Made by a program: the position numbers and the translations under genes
Source of the DNA: Antedon mediterranea
Taxonomy: Eukaryota; Animalia; Echinodermata
Reading direction: 5' to 3'
DNA length: 64,000 nt
NCBI RefSeq assembly: GCF_964355755.1
Contig: NC_092670.1
Span: 28,198,388 to 28,262,387 of the forward strand
Shown: piece after piece, positions 38,101 to 52,600 of the stretch
Layout of the letters: each line of letters opens with the position of its first letter
Numbering within the stretch: position 1 is the first letter of the stretch
The notes under the pieces: model-generated
Told to the model about the DNA's origin: nothing
What the model saw: the letters and a program-made list of their open reading frames with translations, nothing else
Database searches by the model: none

Positions 38101-41100
38101 TTATGTTAACGAGTTTTTTCGAAAATCACAAAATGGTCTAAAACGTCTCCAAATGCGATTTGAAGCAATTATAAGCACTTTGGTGTTTTTATGGTAACGA
38201 GTTATTTCGAAAATCACAAAATGGTCTAAAATGTCTCCAAATGCGATTTCAAGCTATTCTTAGCACTTTGGTGTTTTTATGTTAACAAGTTTTTTCGAAA
38301 ATCACAAAAGGGTCTAAAACGTCTCCAAATGCGATTTGAAGCTATTCTAAGCAATTTGGTGTTTTTGTGTAACCAAGTTTTTTCGAAAATCACAAAAGGG
38401 TCTAAAATGTCTCAAAATGCGATTTGAAGCTATTCTGTACACTTTGATGTTTTTATGTTAACAAGTTTTTTCGAAAGTCACAAAATGGTCTAAAACGTCT
38501 CCAAATGCGATTTGAAGCTATTCTAAGCACTTTGGTGTTTTTATGTTAAGAAGTTTTTTCGAAAATCACAAAATGGTCTAAAACGTCTCCAAATGGGATT
38601 TGAAGCTATTTTAAGCACTTTGGTGTTTTTGTGGAACCAAATTTTTTCGAAATTCACAAAAGGGTCTATAATGTCTCAAAAAGCGATTTGAAGCTATTCT
38701 GTACACTTTGATGTTTTTATGTTAACAAGTTTTTTCGAAAATCACAAAATGCTCTAAAACGTCTCCAAATGCGATTTGAAGCTATTCTAAGCACTTTGGT
38801 GTTTTTATGTTAACAAGTTTTTTCGAAAATCACAAAATGGTATAAAACGTCTCCAAATGCGATTTTAAGGTATTCTAAGCACTTTGGTGTTTTTATGTTA
38901 ACAAGTTTTTTCGAAAATCACAAAATGGTCTAAAACGTCTCCAAATGCGATTTGAAGCTATTCTGTACACTTTGCTGTTTTGTGTGAATAATTTTTGTTA
39001 AAATGCTCAAAATGGTCAAAAACGTTTTTAAATACTATATTAAGCTATTTTGTGTTCTTTGATGTTTTTGTGTGAAAAGTTTTATCGAAATGCTCAAAAT
39101 GGTCTAAAACGGTTTCTAATGTGATTTTAAGCACTTTGGTGTTTTTATGTTAACAAGTTTTTTTCAAAAATCACAAAATGGTCTAAAACGTCTACAAATG
39201 TGATTTGAAGCTATTCTAAACACTTTGGTGTTTTTATGTTAACAAGTTTTTTCGAAAATCACAAATTGGTCTAAAACGTCTCCAAATGCGATTTGAAGCT
39301 ATTTTAAGCACTTTGGTGTTTTTGTGTAACCAAGTTTTTTCGAAAATCACAAAAGGGTCTAAAATGTCTCAAAATGCGATTTGAAGCTATTCTGTACACT
39401 TTGATGTTTTTATGTTAACACGTTTTTTCGAAAATCACAAAATGGTCTAAAACGTCTCCAAATGCGATTTGAAGCTATTCTAAGCACTTTGGTGTTTTTA
39501 TGGTAATTTATTTTGAAAATCACAAAATGGTCTAAAATGTCTCCAAATGCGATTTGAAGCTTTTCTAAGCACTTTGGTGTTTTTATGTTTACAAGTTTTT
39601 TCGAAAATCACAAAATGGTCTAAAACGGCTCCAAATGCGATTTGAAGCTATTCTAAGCACTTTGGTGTTTTTATGGTAATTTATTTCGAAAATCACAAAA
39701 TGGTCTAAAATGTCTCCAAATGCGATTTGAAGCTTTTCTAAGCACTTTGGTGTTTTTATGTTTACAAGTTTTTTCGAAAATCACAAAATGGTCTAAAACG
39801 GCTCCAAATACGATTTGAAGCTATTCTAAGCACTTTGGTGTTTTTATGTTAACAAGTTTTTTCGAAAATCACAAAATGGTCTAAAACGTCTCCAAATGTG
39901 ATTTGAAGCTATTCTAAGCACTTTGGTGTTTTTATGTTAACAAGTTTTTTCGAAAATCACAAAATGGTCTAAAACGTCTTCAAATGCGATTTGAAGCTAT
40001 TCTAAGCAATTTTGTGTTTTTATGTGAACAAGTTTTTTCGAAAATCACAAAATGGTCTAAAACGTCTCCAAATGCGATTTGAAGCTATTCTAAGCACTTT
40101 TGTGTTTTTATGTTAACAAGTTTTTTCGAAAATCACAAAATGGTCTAAAATGTCTCCAAATGCGATTTGAAGCTTTTCTAAGCACTTTGGTGTTTTTATG
40201 TTTACAAGTTTTTTTGAAAATCAAAAAATGTCTATAATGTCTCAAAATGCGATTTGAAGCTATTCTGTACACTTTGATGTTTTTATGTTAACAAGTTTTT
40301 CGAAAATCACAAAATGGTCTAAAACGTCTCCAAATGCGATTTGAAGCTATTCTGTACACTTTGCTGTTTTGTGTGAATAATTTTTGTCAAAATGCTCAAA
40401 ATGGTCAAAAACGTTTTTAAATACTATTTTGTGTTCTTTGATGTTTTTGTGTGAAAAGTTTTATCGAAATACTCAAAATGGTCTAAAACGGTTTCTAATG
40501 TGATTTTAAGAACTTTGATGTTTTTATGTTAACAACTTTTTTAGAAAATCACAAAATGGTCTAAAACGTCTCCAAATGCGATTTGAAGCAATTCTAAGCA
40601 CTTTGGTGTTTTTATGTTAACAAGTTTTTTCGAAAATCACAAAATGGTCTAAAACGTCTCCAAATGCGATTTGAAGCTATTCTAAGCCCTTTGGTGTTTT
40701 TATGTTAACAAGTTTTTTCGAAAATCACAAAATGGTCTAAAACGTCTCCAAATGCGATTTGAAGCTATTCTAAGCACTTTGGTGTTTTTATGTTAACAAG
40801 TTTTTTCGAAAATCACAAAATGGTATAAAACGTTTCCAAATGCGATTTTAAGCTATTCTAAGCAATTTGGTGTTTTTATGTTAACAAGTTTTTTCGAAAA
40901 TCACAAAATGGTCGAAAATGTCACAAAATGCGATTTGAAGCTATTCTAAGCACTTTGGTGTTTTTATGTTAACAAGTTTTTTTGAAAATCACAAAATGGT
41001 CTAAAATGTCTCAAAATGCGATTTGAAGCTATTCTGTACACTTTGCTGTTTTGTGTGAATAATTTTTTTCGAAAATCACAAAATGGTGTTAAACGTCTCC

Positions 41101-42800
41101 AAATGTGATTTGAAGCTATTCTAAGCACTTTGGTGTTTTTATGTTAACAAGTTTTTTCGAAAATCACAAAATGGTCTAAAACGTCTCCAAATGCGATTTG
41201 AAGCTATTCTGTACACTTTGCTGTTTTGTGTGAATAATTTTGTCGAAATGCTCAAAATGGTCAAAAACGTTTTTAAATACGATATTAAGCTATTTTGTGC
41301 TCTTTGATGTTTTTGTGTGAAAAGTTTTATCGAAATGCTCAAAATGGTCTAAAACGGTTTCTAATGTGATTTTAAGCACTTTGGTGTTTTTATGTTAACA
41401 AGTTTTTTCGAAAATCACAAAATGGTCTAAAACGTCTCCAAATGTGATTTGAAGCTATTCTAAGCACTTTGGTGTTTTTATGTTAACAAGTTTTTTCGAA
41501 AATCACAAAATGGTGTAAAACGTCTTCAAATGCGATTTGAAGCTATTCTAAGCAATTATGTGTTTTTATGTGAACAAGTTTTTTCGAAAATCACAAAATG
41601 GTCTAAAACGTCTCCAAATGCGATTTGAAGCTATTCTAAGCACTTTTGTGTTTTTATGTTAACAAGTTTTTTCGAAAATCACAAAATGGTCTAAAATGTC
41701 TCCAAATGCGATTTGAAGCTTTTCTAAGCACTTTGGTGTTTTTATGTTTACAAGTTTTTCGAAAATCACAAAATGTCTATAATGTCTCAAAATGCGATTT
41801 GAAGCTATTCTGTACACTTTGATGTTTTTATGTTAACAAGTTTTTCGAAAATCACAAAATGGTCTAAAACGTCTCCAAATGCGATTTGAAGCTATTCTGT
41901 ACACTTTGCTGTTTTGTGTGAATAATTTTTGTCAAAATGCTCAAAATGGTCAAAAACGTTTTTTAAATACTATTTTGTGTTCTTTGATGTTTTTGTGTGA
42001 AAAGTTTTATCGAAATACTCAAAATGGTCTAAAACGGTTTCTAATGTGATTTTAAGAACTTTGATGTTTTTATGTTAACAACTTTTTTAGAAAATCACAA
42101 AATGGTCTAAAACGTCTCCAAATGCGATTTGAAGCAATTCTAAGCACTTTGGTGTTTTTATGTTAACAAGTTTTTTCGAAAATCACAAAATGGTCTAAAA
42201 CGTCTCCAAATGCGATTTGAAGCTATTCTGTACACTTTGCTGTTTTGTGTGAATAATTTTTGTCGAAATGCTCAAAATGGTCAAAAACGTTTTTAAATAC
42301 GATATTAAGCTATTTTGTGCTCTTTGATGTTTTTGTGTGAAAAGTTTTATCGAAATGCTCAAAATGGTCTAAAACGGTTTCTAATGTGATTTTAAGCACT
42401 TTGGTGTTTTTATGTTAACAAGTTTTTTCGAAAATCACAAAATGGTCTAAAACGTCTCCAAATGTGATTTGAAGCTATTCTAAACACTTTGGTGTTTTTA
42501 TGTTAACAAGTTTTTTCGAAAATCACAAATTGGTCTAAAACGTCTCCAAATGCGATTTGAAGCTATTTTAAGCACTTTGGTGTTTTTGTGTAACCAAGTT
42601 TTTTCGAAAATCACAAAAGGGTCTAAAATGTCTCAAAATGCGATTTGAAGCTATTCTGTACACTTTGATGTTTTTATGTTAACAAGTTTTTTCGAAAGTC
42701 ACAAAATGGTCTAAAACGTCTCCAAATGCGATTTGAAGCTATTCTAAGCACTTTGGTGTTTTTATGTTAACAAGTTTTTTCGAAAATCACAAAATGGTGT
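32165..42800 (+). repeat. 88-bp satellite array, block 2
   Basis: Same monomers and orientation; from ~32705 it copies block 1 from ~12000, with internal deletions. Confidence 0.98.
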
Positions 42801-43364
42801 TGTAGCAGACCTACCACATAGCTTTTAAACAATTCAACATTTACTTTTAATTTGATTATTTATACATCCTCTATATATCTCTTTATTTAACCTCACATTG
42901 ACAGGTTACCTTCCTGTTACCTTCACTTTTCTAGCTAATGGATTTTAAGAATGTTAATGACTCTAACAGAAAACCACATTAATTCTCTTAATCCTAATTG
43001 GTCAGATGAGATGGGCCAAGCCCAATATTACCATGCACTGACCACATTATTAACACACTCTTTTCTCAACCAGCATCTTAGCTACACCGTTTATTGCTCT
43101 GTCTTATCAAATATTGTATATTGTATATTTTATCTATTTATTGAGAATCCTCACTTGATTCACTTGGAATAAATTGCATAGTTTACTGTATACATTTAGT
43201 AGTTGTTTTGTTTTACCGTTGCGCCGACAATTACTAAAGTGGTGACCCCGACTAAGGAAGCATGGAACTAAAGTGGTGACACTCGACTAAAGAAGCATGG
43301 AACTGAGAGTGTCATTCATCCATACTAAAGTGGTGTTCCTCAACTTTCTTATACCGTCGTTTAA

Positions 43365-43772
43365 ATGGAAGGACAACAGCAACAACGACAGCTACCGCAA
43401 CCTCCAGCACAACCCCAGCACCAGGAACAACCTGTGGTGCCCGCTTCTGACGCAGCAACCGTCAACAGGCCAATTTCTTCTCTAGCATTGAAACTGCTTC
43501 CATACTGGCCCAATGATACGATATTGTGGTTCACCCAAGTCGAAGCACAGTTCACAATGCGTGGGATCACAGCAGATGCTACTAAATATGCTTACTTAGT
43601 AGAATCATCGCAACCTGAAATTGCGCAGGGAGTTCGGGATCTATTTCTCACCCCGCCTACTGATAACAGGTATGTGAACTTCAAAGATACTTTAATACGT
43701 CGGACAACTGCTTCCGACCAACAGCGCCTCCGCCAACTCTTCTCACCCATCCGCAGCCAGATGCACCTTTAA
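43365..43772 (+). pseudogene. gag: Truncated Gag N-terminus, copy 2
   Basis: Translation identical to 25879-26286. Confidence 0.8.
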
Positions 43773-43862
43773 GTATCATGGTTTCGGATGTGGCCATAGG
43801 GGGTATACTACAACAAACGCATTGACAACAATTGTCAACCTATTTCATTTTTCTCACAGAAG

Positions 43863-45482
43863 TTGAAACCAGCGCAGACGCGATACAGCACATTTGGTCG
43901 TGAACTTTTGGCGGCATACCTTTCAGTTAAACATTTTCGTCATTCACTTGAAGGACGCTTATTTCATATTTTTACTGACCATAAGCCACTTATGTATGCT
44001 TTACTCGCCAAACCAAATCGTCACTCGCCACGCGAAATCCGTCATCTCGATTTCATATCTCAATTCACAACGGACATACGCCATGTGAGTGGAAAAGCTA
44101 ATGCAGCAGCTGATGCATTGTCGCGAATCGAACTTAATACTTTCAGTCACAACACAACTAACATTGTTGATTTTAGTCTTATTGCTGCTGCACAAAAGAA
44201 TGACGATGAATTGCACAAGCTACTTGAATCACCGTCTTCACTACAATTTCAAAACTTTCCAATTCCAACTTCTGACTCTACAATTCTTTGTGATATTTCC
44301 AAAGGCAATCCACGTCCATATATCCCACAAGAATTCAGACGCATAATATTTGACACTCTACATTCGCTATCACATCCTGGTATACGAGCAACACAACGTT
44401 TAATTACTGACCGTTTCGTATGGCCAGCAATCAATCATGATGTACGACGATGGTCTCAAACATGCATTCAATGTCAACGTTCCAAAGTACACCGGCACAC
44501 CGTTTCGCCACTCTCTACTTTTTCTACACCTGACGCCCGTTTTGACCATGTACATATAGATATTGTTGGACCTCTCCCTCCGTCAAATGGTTTTTCTTAT
44601 TTACTCACTTTTATCGATCGTTTTACTCGATGGCCCGAAGCCGTACCTATTCCGGATATCACAGCCGATACTGTCGCACACGCATTTGTCAATCGATGGA
44701 TCGCTTCATTCGGAATACCTTCAACCATTACAACAGATCGAGGAAGACAATTTGAATCTGCATTATTTCATTCACTCGCCAACTTACTAGGAACTAAGCA
44801 CATTCATACAACTGCATACCATCCTATTGCGAACGGACTTGTAGAACGTTTTCATCGACATTTGAAGGGTTCTCTCAAAGCACATAATGATCACACTAAA
44901 TGGACAGAACATTTACCTATAGTACTTTTAGACATTCGTACAGCCCTTAAGGCTGATCTAGGTCATAGTGCTGCTGAACTTGTTTATGGCACTACTTTAA
45001 GATTACCTGGACAATTCTTTAATTCAAACTCTGAACATTGTGATTATTCTAATTATATTGATAGATTGCGTGATAATATGAGTAAACTACGTCCCACACC
45101 TACCCGCACCAACTCTAACCGTAAATCCTATATCAATCAAGAAATATTTAATTGTACCCATGTTTTTGTGCGAAGGGACTCTGTTCGAAAACCCTTACAA
45201 CGTCCATATGATGGTCCATTTAAGGTATTAAGTCGAACAGACAAACACTTTGTTCTCGATCTAAATGGTCGACAGGACACAGTCAGTATTGATCGCCTAA
45301 AGGTAGCTCATTTGGATACTGATATATTTAAAAGCCAAGAGCAAACCCTCACTCCCAAGCTACAAGCATCACCCCTAGTCAAACCAACCAACCCGTCACC
45401 CATTTTGGCAACCCCTCCCCGTACTACTCGTTCTGGTAGACATGTTCATTTCCCTCAACGTTTTGTCTCGTTCTATCATTAA
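43863..45482 (+). CDS. pol: Pol remnant (RNase H C-terminus plus integrase), copy 2
   Basis: Translation identical to 26377-27996; one synonymous difference seen (27345 A vs 44831 G). Confidence 0.9.
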   Translation: MKPAQTRYSTFGRELLAAYLSVKHFRHSLEGRLFHIFTDHKPLMYALLAKPNRHSPREIRHLDFISQFTTDIRHVSGKANAAADALSRIELNTFSHNTTNIVDFSLIAAAQKNDDELHKLLESPSSLQFQNFPIPTSDSTILCDISKGNPRPYIPQEFRRIIFDTLHSLSHPGIRATQRLITDRFVWPAINHDVRRWSQTCIQCQRSKVHRHTVSPLSTFSTPDARFDHVHIDIVGPLPPSNGFSYLLTFIDRFTRWPEAVPIPDITADTVAHAFVNRWIASFGIPSTITTDRGRQFESALFHSLANLLGTKHIHTTAYHPIANGLVERFHRHLKGSLKAHNDHTKWTEHLPIVLLDIRTALKADLGHSAAELVYGTTLRLPGQFFNSNSEHCDYSNYIDRLRDNMSKLRPTPTRTNSNRKSYINQEIFNCTHVFVRRDSVRKPLQRPYDGPFKVLSRTDKHFVLDLNGRQDTVSIDRLKVAHLDTDIFKSQEQTLTPKLQASPLVKPTNPSPILATPPRTTRSGRHVHFPQRFVSFYH

Positions 45483-46286
45483 TTCTTTCACTGGAAGGGG
45501 GCTCCTGTAGCAGACCTACCACATAGCTTTTAAACAATTCAACATTTACTTTTAATTTGATTATTTATACATCCTCTATATATCTCTTTATTTAACCTCA
45601 CATTGACAGGTTACCTTCCTGTTACCTTCACTTTTCTAGCTAATGGATTTTAAGAATGTTAATGACTCTAACAGAAAACCACATTAATTCTCTTAATCCT
45701 AATTGGTCAGATGAGATGGGCCAAGCCCAATATTACCATGCACTGACCACATTATTAACACACTCTTTTCTCAACCAGCATCTTAGCTACACCGTTTATT
45801 GCTCTGTCTTATCAAATATTGTATATTGTATATTTTATCTATTTATTGAGAATCCTCACTTGATTCACTTGGAATAAATTGCATAGTTTACTGTATACAT
45901 TTAGTAGTTGTTTTGTTTTACCGTTGCGCCGACAATTACTAAAGTGTAAAACGTCTCCAAATGCGATTTGAAGCTATTCTAAGCACTTTGGTGTTTTTAT
46001 GTAAACAAGTTTTTTCGAAAATCACAAAATGGTGTAAAACGTCTCCAAATGCGATTTGAAGCTATTCTAAGCAATTTGGTGTTTTTATGTTAACAATTTT
46101 TTTCGAAAATCACAAATTGGTCTAAAACGTCTCCAAATGCGATTTGAAGCTATTTTAAGCACTTTGGTGTTTTTGTGTTAACAACTTTTTTAGAAAATCA
46201 CAAAATGGTCTAAAACGTCTCCAAATGCGATTTGAAGCAATTCTAAGCACTTTGGTGTTTTTATGGTAACGAGTTTTTTTGAATAT

Positions 46287-49200
46287 TGTAATGTAACGAT
46301 ATACTTTTATATTTAAGAAATCGACCTTTGTACCGGAATTCAAATAGGTTCACAAATTTGACCCAGAAAGTCCAGAGGAGAGTTTGTCCAGATGTTTTAA
46401 TGACCATTTAGTTTATAATAGAATCCCTAAAGAAAACACTTAGCTTAACTTTGTGACTTTTCCCATCGTTAAACCAGGAGTGACTGACACTATTTAAGTA
46501 CAGATTTGACAGTGTCATCCATCACAGAAATACCTTATTATACCGTTAATCACTCCCACTTAAACACCCCTGGATCAACTTAGGACCAATCGTTACCCTC
46601 ACAGATGATGTAATGACATTATGCAAATGAACTGAGCCAATATACTCCTAAGTTTCAGAAGGGCCAAGACACACCTTACAGCCATTTCACGGAGCACACA
46701 CCTCACAGCCACTTCTTCAGAAGCAGACCTACACACACTTCACACCTCACTGACAGCATCATTGATTGTCCGTTCCTTATCTATACTTATAGTTGTATAT
46801 TGTACTGAAGTATTATACTGAATAAATAATATATGTGTTACGACAGGCAAGCGAGTCAGAGTCTTCATTAGTACCTCAACAGCAACATTATATTACATGG
46901 TGGAAGACCCAAATTTCATAAGGAACGGAGTGAGAAAACAAGAAATAAACACTTAACAAGACAACAAGACGAAGACAAAGACAAAAATAACCATATTTGT
47001 TTGAAAGGAGAGAAATTTACTTTGACTCAAAAGACAAGCTGAAATTATATTTGAATGAGATCGAGACAAGCAGAAATTTTATCAAATTATTACCATTGGA
47101 TGAAGACAAAGAAGATAATCGAGGAAGACACAAAAGACAAGCTGAAATTATATTTGAATGAAATCGAGACAAGCAGAAATTTTATGAAATTATAACCATT
47201 GGATAAAGACAAAGAAGATAATCGAGGAAGACCCAAGAAGAATCAAAACAGAAGCAAGCGGACAAGAACTGTTTCGTTTAGAGACTTTCAACTTCACGCC
47301 GTTTTTTTTCGATCGTTTTTTTAACATTTACTTTTTTGAACATTGATGAACACCTTTCGCATTTTTTTGAATTCGTTGTTTGAAAATTTGAACATTGATG
47401 AGCACTTTAACATTTCTTTAATTCGTTGTTTGAACATTTAGACATTTTTGAACACTTTTTGCATTCCTTTAATTCATTTTTAATTGGATCCGAAGCATTT
47501 GGGGTAAGTCAAAGCCATTTTGATTTTTGATTTGTAACCTTGATTGAAAAGTGAGAGTTTACATATATATACACTAAAATTGTTTTTTAAATTGTTAAAA
47601 TAATTGTTGAATAAACCCGCCGATAATAATAATGAGAAAATTAAGAACACCGTTAACGTAGTAAATGACGAAAACAATGTTTAATTTATCGACGAACATG
47701 ATAGGACACCAACCCAATTGCAATCAGATACCCTTACACATCCAACTAAAGTAGAACCCCTTAACTTGCAACCTTACATTGACTGTGTAGAGAATAACAT
47801 GGGATTAGCAGCCCCATTCCAAATGAAAGAAGAACAAATTAAGGAACAAACTAATCTAATTATGACAGCACCTAATGATTCAAATATGACATTAAACCGA
47901 GGTAGATTTAAAGCAGGACATTTCCAAGTTTTAGTTTCGTATTCTAAACCGACTTCAGCCAAACGCAACACCGATAAAACAAAACACGAATCTAATGATC
48001 GCAAATTTTGGTGGAATATTGACAGATATAACGATACAGAGAAATTGATTAAAGAGATCATTAATGATAAACAGATACCGATAAGTGGATCGCCAAAACG
48101 ATTCATAAAACGTTTGTATAATGCAACAAGTTACTGATTTAATTTTTTTTGCAAGGAATTTTTTTTAATTACGACATTTGCTAAATGATAGCATAGTCTA
48201 CGTATTTTTGATGAGATTTGTTTAATAATGATGTGATTTCAGTTAAAAGAGAATTGAATTTATGTTTAAGTATTGATTTTGTAACGAGTTTTTTGATAAA
48301 GATTAATTTTGAATTTTGATGATCGATATATTGAGATATTGAAAAGCCCGACAATCATTTTGTAACAAATATTTTGTTTAACCTTTGAGTCGTTAATCTC
48401 AAGCATTAATTAATTGATATACAATAACAGGAGATTTTCTTAGTACTTTTAATTGTAAATTTTTTGACATTGAGTACAAAAGTCGAATTTGTCGACCGAT
48501 TGAAATCGTAATTACCTGTAAATATAAATGCTTAAATCGATAAAGTTGTGACGATAATGATATATTGTGGATAAGTTTGTGTCAACGGGACACACACATT
48601 TGTTTCTTTTAAAGTTTTAAGTGATTGAGTTTGATATTTTGATTTAGGCTAATCAGCCACAGTTTCTTGAATTTTATGTTTTGATTTGATTGATTTATGT
48701 TTGAAGACCATTAGAACGCGATGAGTTGTCGCACGATTTGATGTATGTTCAATGTAACATACTATTTTTAAGTTTTGTATTTTTATTTTCAACTGATTTA
48801 TGTTTGATTTACGCGAATTTTATACCAAATTCATTTTTAATTTCATTTTTTTTAAGAGAGAGAAGAGAGAGAGTGAAAGTGATAAGGTTACACTTCAGAG
48901 TCAATGGTTTTGGCTAACTCAATTTTGCTTATATGTATAATAATGTTTTTTTCTTTTATATAACTTTAATTTTGCATGCCACTATTATAACCATTTTTAT
49001 ATTTTAAATAGATTTTTAAAAAAAAGGGAAACAGAGGGATGTAATATAACGATATACTTTTATATTTAAGAAATCGACCTTTGTATCGGAATTCAAATAG
49101 GTTCACAAACTTGACCCAGAAAGTCCAGAGGAGAGTTTGTCCAGATGTTTTAATGACCATTTAGTTTATAATAGAATCCCTAAAGAAAACACTTAGCTTA

Positions 49201-49649
49201 ACTTTGTGACTTTTCCCATCGTTAAACCAGGAGTGATGACACTATTTAAGTACAGATTTGACAGTGTCATCCATCACAGAAATACCTTATTATACCGTTA
49301 ATCACTCCCACTTAAACACCCCTGGATCAACTTAGGACCAATCGTTACCCTCACAGATGATGTAATGCCATTATGCAAATGAACTGAGCCAATATACTCC
49401 CAAGTTTCAGAAGGGCCAAGACACACCTTACAGCCATTTCACGGAGCACACACCTCACAGCCACTTCTTCAGAAGCAGACCTACACACACTTCACACCTC
49501 ACTGACAGCATCATTGATTGTCCGTTCCTTATCTATACTTATAGTTGTATATTGTACTGAAGTATTATACTGAATAAATAATATATGTGTTACGACAGTC
49601 AAGCGAGTCAGAGTCTTCATTAGTACCTCAACAGCAACATTATATTACA
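46287..49649 (+). mobile_element. LTR element B copy 2
   Basis: LTRs 46287-46897 and 49040-49649, ATAT TSD (46283-46286, 49650-49653); 1-bp deletion in the 3' LTR near 49237. Confidence 0.93.
47718..48137 (+). pseudogene. Residual 139-codon frame in element B, copy 2
   Basis: Identical to 30232-30651. Confidence 0.3.
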
Positions 49650-52600
49650 ATATCACAAAATGGTCTAAAATGTCTCCAAATGCGATTTGAAGCTTTTCTA
49701 AGCACTTTGGTGTTTTTATGGTAACGAGTTATTTCGAAAATCACAAAATGGTCTAAAACGTCTCCAAATGCGATTTGAAGCTATTCTGTACACTTTGCTG
49801 TTTTGTGTGAATAATTTTTGTCAAAATGCTCAAAATGGTCAAAAACGTTTTTAAATACTATATTAAGCTATTTTGTGCTCTTTGATGTTTTTGTGTGAAA
49901 AGTTTTATCGAAATGCTCAAAATGGTCTAAAACGGTTTCTAATGTGATTTTAAGCACTTTGATGTTTTTATGTTAACAACTTTTTTAGAAAATTACAAAA
50001 TGGTGTAAAACGTCTCCAAATGCGATTTGAAGCTATTCTAAGCAATTTGGTGTTTTTATGTTAACAAGTTTTTTCGAAAATCACAAAATGGTCTAAAACG
50101 TCTCCAAATGCGATTTGAAGCTATTCTAAGCACTCTTGTGTTTTTATGTTAACAAGTTTTTTCGAAAATCACAAAATGGTATAAAACGTCTCCAAATGCG
50201 ATTTGAAGCTATTCTGTACACTTTGCTGTTTTGAGTGAATAATTTTTGTCGAAATGCTCAAAATTGTCAAAAACGTTTTTAAATACGATATTAAGCTATT
50301 TTGTGCTCTTTGATGTTTTTGTGTGAAAAGTTTTATCGAAATGCTCAAAATGGTCTAAAACGGTTTCTAATGTGATTTTAAGCACTTTGGTGTTTTTATG
50401 TTAACAAGTTTTTTCGAAAATCACAAATTGGTCTAAAACGTCTCCAAATGCGATTTGAAGCTATTTTAAGCACTTTGGTGTTTTTGTGTAACCAAGTTTT
50501 TTCGAAAATCACAAAAGGGTCTAAAATGTCTCAAAATGCGATTTGAAGCTATTCTGTACACTTTGATGTTTTTATGTTAACAAGTTTTTTCGAAAGTCAC
50601 AAAATGGTCTAAAACGTCTCCAAATGCGATTTGAAGCTATTCTAAGCACTTTGGTGTTTTTATGTTAACAAGTTTTTTCGAAAATCACAAAATGGTGTAA
50701 AACGTCTCCAAATGCAATTTGAAGCTTTTCTAAGCACTTTGGTGTTTTTATGTTAACAAGTTTTTTCGAAAATCACAAAATGGTCTAAAACGTCTCCAAA
50801 TGCGATTTGAAGCTATTCTGTACACTTTGCTGTTTTGTGTGAATAATTTTTGTCGAAATGCTCAAAATGGTCAAAAACGTTTTTAAATACGATATTAAGC
50901 TATTTTGTGCTCTTTGATGTTTTTGTGTGAAAAGTTTTATCGAAATGCTCAAAATGGTCTAAAACGGTTTCTAATGTGATTTTAAGCACTTTGATGTTTT
51001 TATGTTAACAACTTTTTTAGAAAATCACAAAATGGTCTAAAACGTCTCCAAATGCGATTTGAAGCAATTCTAAGCACTTTGGTGTTTTTATGGTAACGAG
51101 TTTTTTTGAATATCACAAAATGGTCTAAAACGTCTCCAAATGCGATTTGAAGCTTTTCTAAGCACTTTGGTGTTTTTATGTTTACAAGTTTTTTCGAAAA
51201 TCACAAAATGGTCTAAAACGGCTCCAAATACGATTTGAAGCTATTCTAAGCACTTTGGTGTTTTTATGTTAACAAGTTTTTTCGAAAATCACAAAATGGT
51301 CTAAAACGTCTCCAAATGCGATTTGAAGCTATTCTAAGCACTTTGGTGTTTTTATGTTAACAAGTTTTTTCGAAAATCACAAAATGGTGTAGAATGTCTC
51401 CAAATGCGATTTGAAGCTATTCTAAGCAATTTTGTGTTTTTATGTTAACAAGTTTTTTCGAAAATCACAAAATGGTGTAAAACGTCTCCAAATGCGATTT
51501 TAAGCTATTCTAAGCACTTTTGTGTTTTTATGTTAACAAGTTTTTTCGAAAATCACAAAATGGTCTAAAATGTCTCAAAATGCGATTTGAAGCTATTCTG
51601 TACACTTTGCTGTTTTGTGTGAATAATTTTTGTCAAAATGCTCAAAATGGTCAAAAACGTTTTTAAATACTATATTAAGCTATTTTGTGTTCTTTGATGT
51701 TTTTGTGTGAAAAGTTTTTTCGAAATGCTCAAAATGGTCTAAAACGGTTTCTAATGTGATTTTAAGCACTTTGATGTTTTTATGTTAACAACTTTTTTAG
51801 AAAATTACAAAATGGTCTAAAACGTCTCCAAATGCAATTTGAAGCAATTCTAAGCACTTTGGTGTTTTTATGTTAACAAGTTTTTTCGAAAATCACAAAA
51901 TGGTCTAAAACGTCTCCAAATGCTATTTGAAGCTATTCTGTACACTTTGCTGTTTTGTGTGAATAATTTTTGTTGAAATGCTCAAAATGGTCAAAAACGT
52001 TTTTAAATACGATATTAAGCTATTTTGTGCTCTTTGATGTTTTTGTGTGAAAAGTTTTATCGAAATGCTCAAAATGGTCTAAAACGGTTTCTAATGTGAT
52101 TTTAAGCACTTTGGTGTTTTTATGTTAACAAGTTTTTTCGAAAATCACAAAATGGTCTAAAATGTCTCCAAATGCGATTTGAAGCTTTTCTAAGCACTTT
52201 GGTGTTTTTATGTTAACAAGTTTTTTCGAAAATCACAAAATGGTCTAAAACGTCTCCAAATGTGATTTGAAGCTATTCTAAACACTTTGGTGTTTTTATG
52301 TTAACAAGTTTTTTCGAAAATCACAAATTGGTCTAAAACGTCTCCAAATGCGATTTGAAGCTATTTTAAGCACTTTGGTGTTTTTGTGTAACCAAGTTTT
52401 TTCGAAAATCACAAAAGGGTCTAAAATGTCTCAAAATGCGATTTGAAGCTATTCTGTACACTTTGATGTTTTTATGTTAACAACTTTTTTAGAAAATCAC
52501 AAAATGGTCTAAAACGTCTCCAAATGCGATTTGAAGCAATTCTAAGCACTTTGGTGTTTTTATGGTAACGAGTTTTTTTGAATATCACAAAATGGTCTAA

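Larger units (their letters stand above)
42801..45943 (+). mobile_element. LTR element A copy 2
   Basis: LTRs 42801-43238 and 45506-45943 (438 bp each, no difference seen), GTGT TSD (42797-42800, 45944-45947), PBS at 43240. Confidence 0.95.
12000..50225 (+). repeat. Tandem segmental duplication: ~12000-32704 (20.7 kb) and ~32705-50225 (17.5 kb)
   Basis: Satellite variants match at +20704 (13291/33995, 14671/35375). Both LTR elements recur at +17486 with identical insertion sites. Confidence 0.9.

Noticed and set aside
4605-41342. Short minus-strand ORFs such as MLRIASNRIW... and MIFEKTCK...
   Set aside because: Chance translations of satellite monomers; they recur only because the DNA is repeated.
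42801-49649. Independent second insertions of elements A and B
   Set aside because: Identical TSDs, flanking variants and shared LTR mismatches show a segmental duplication.
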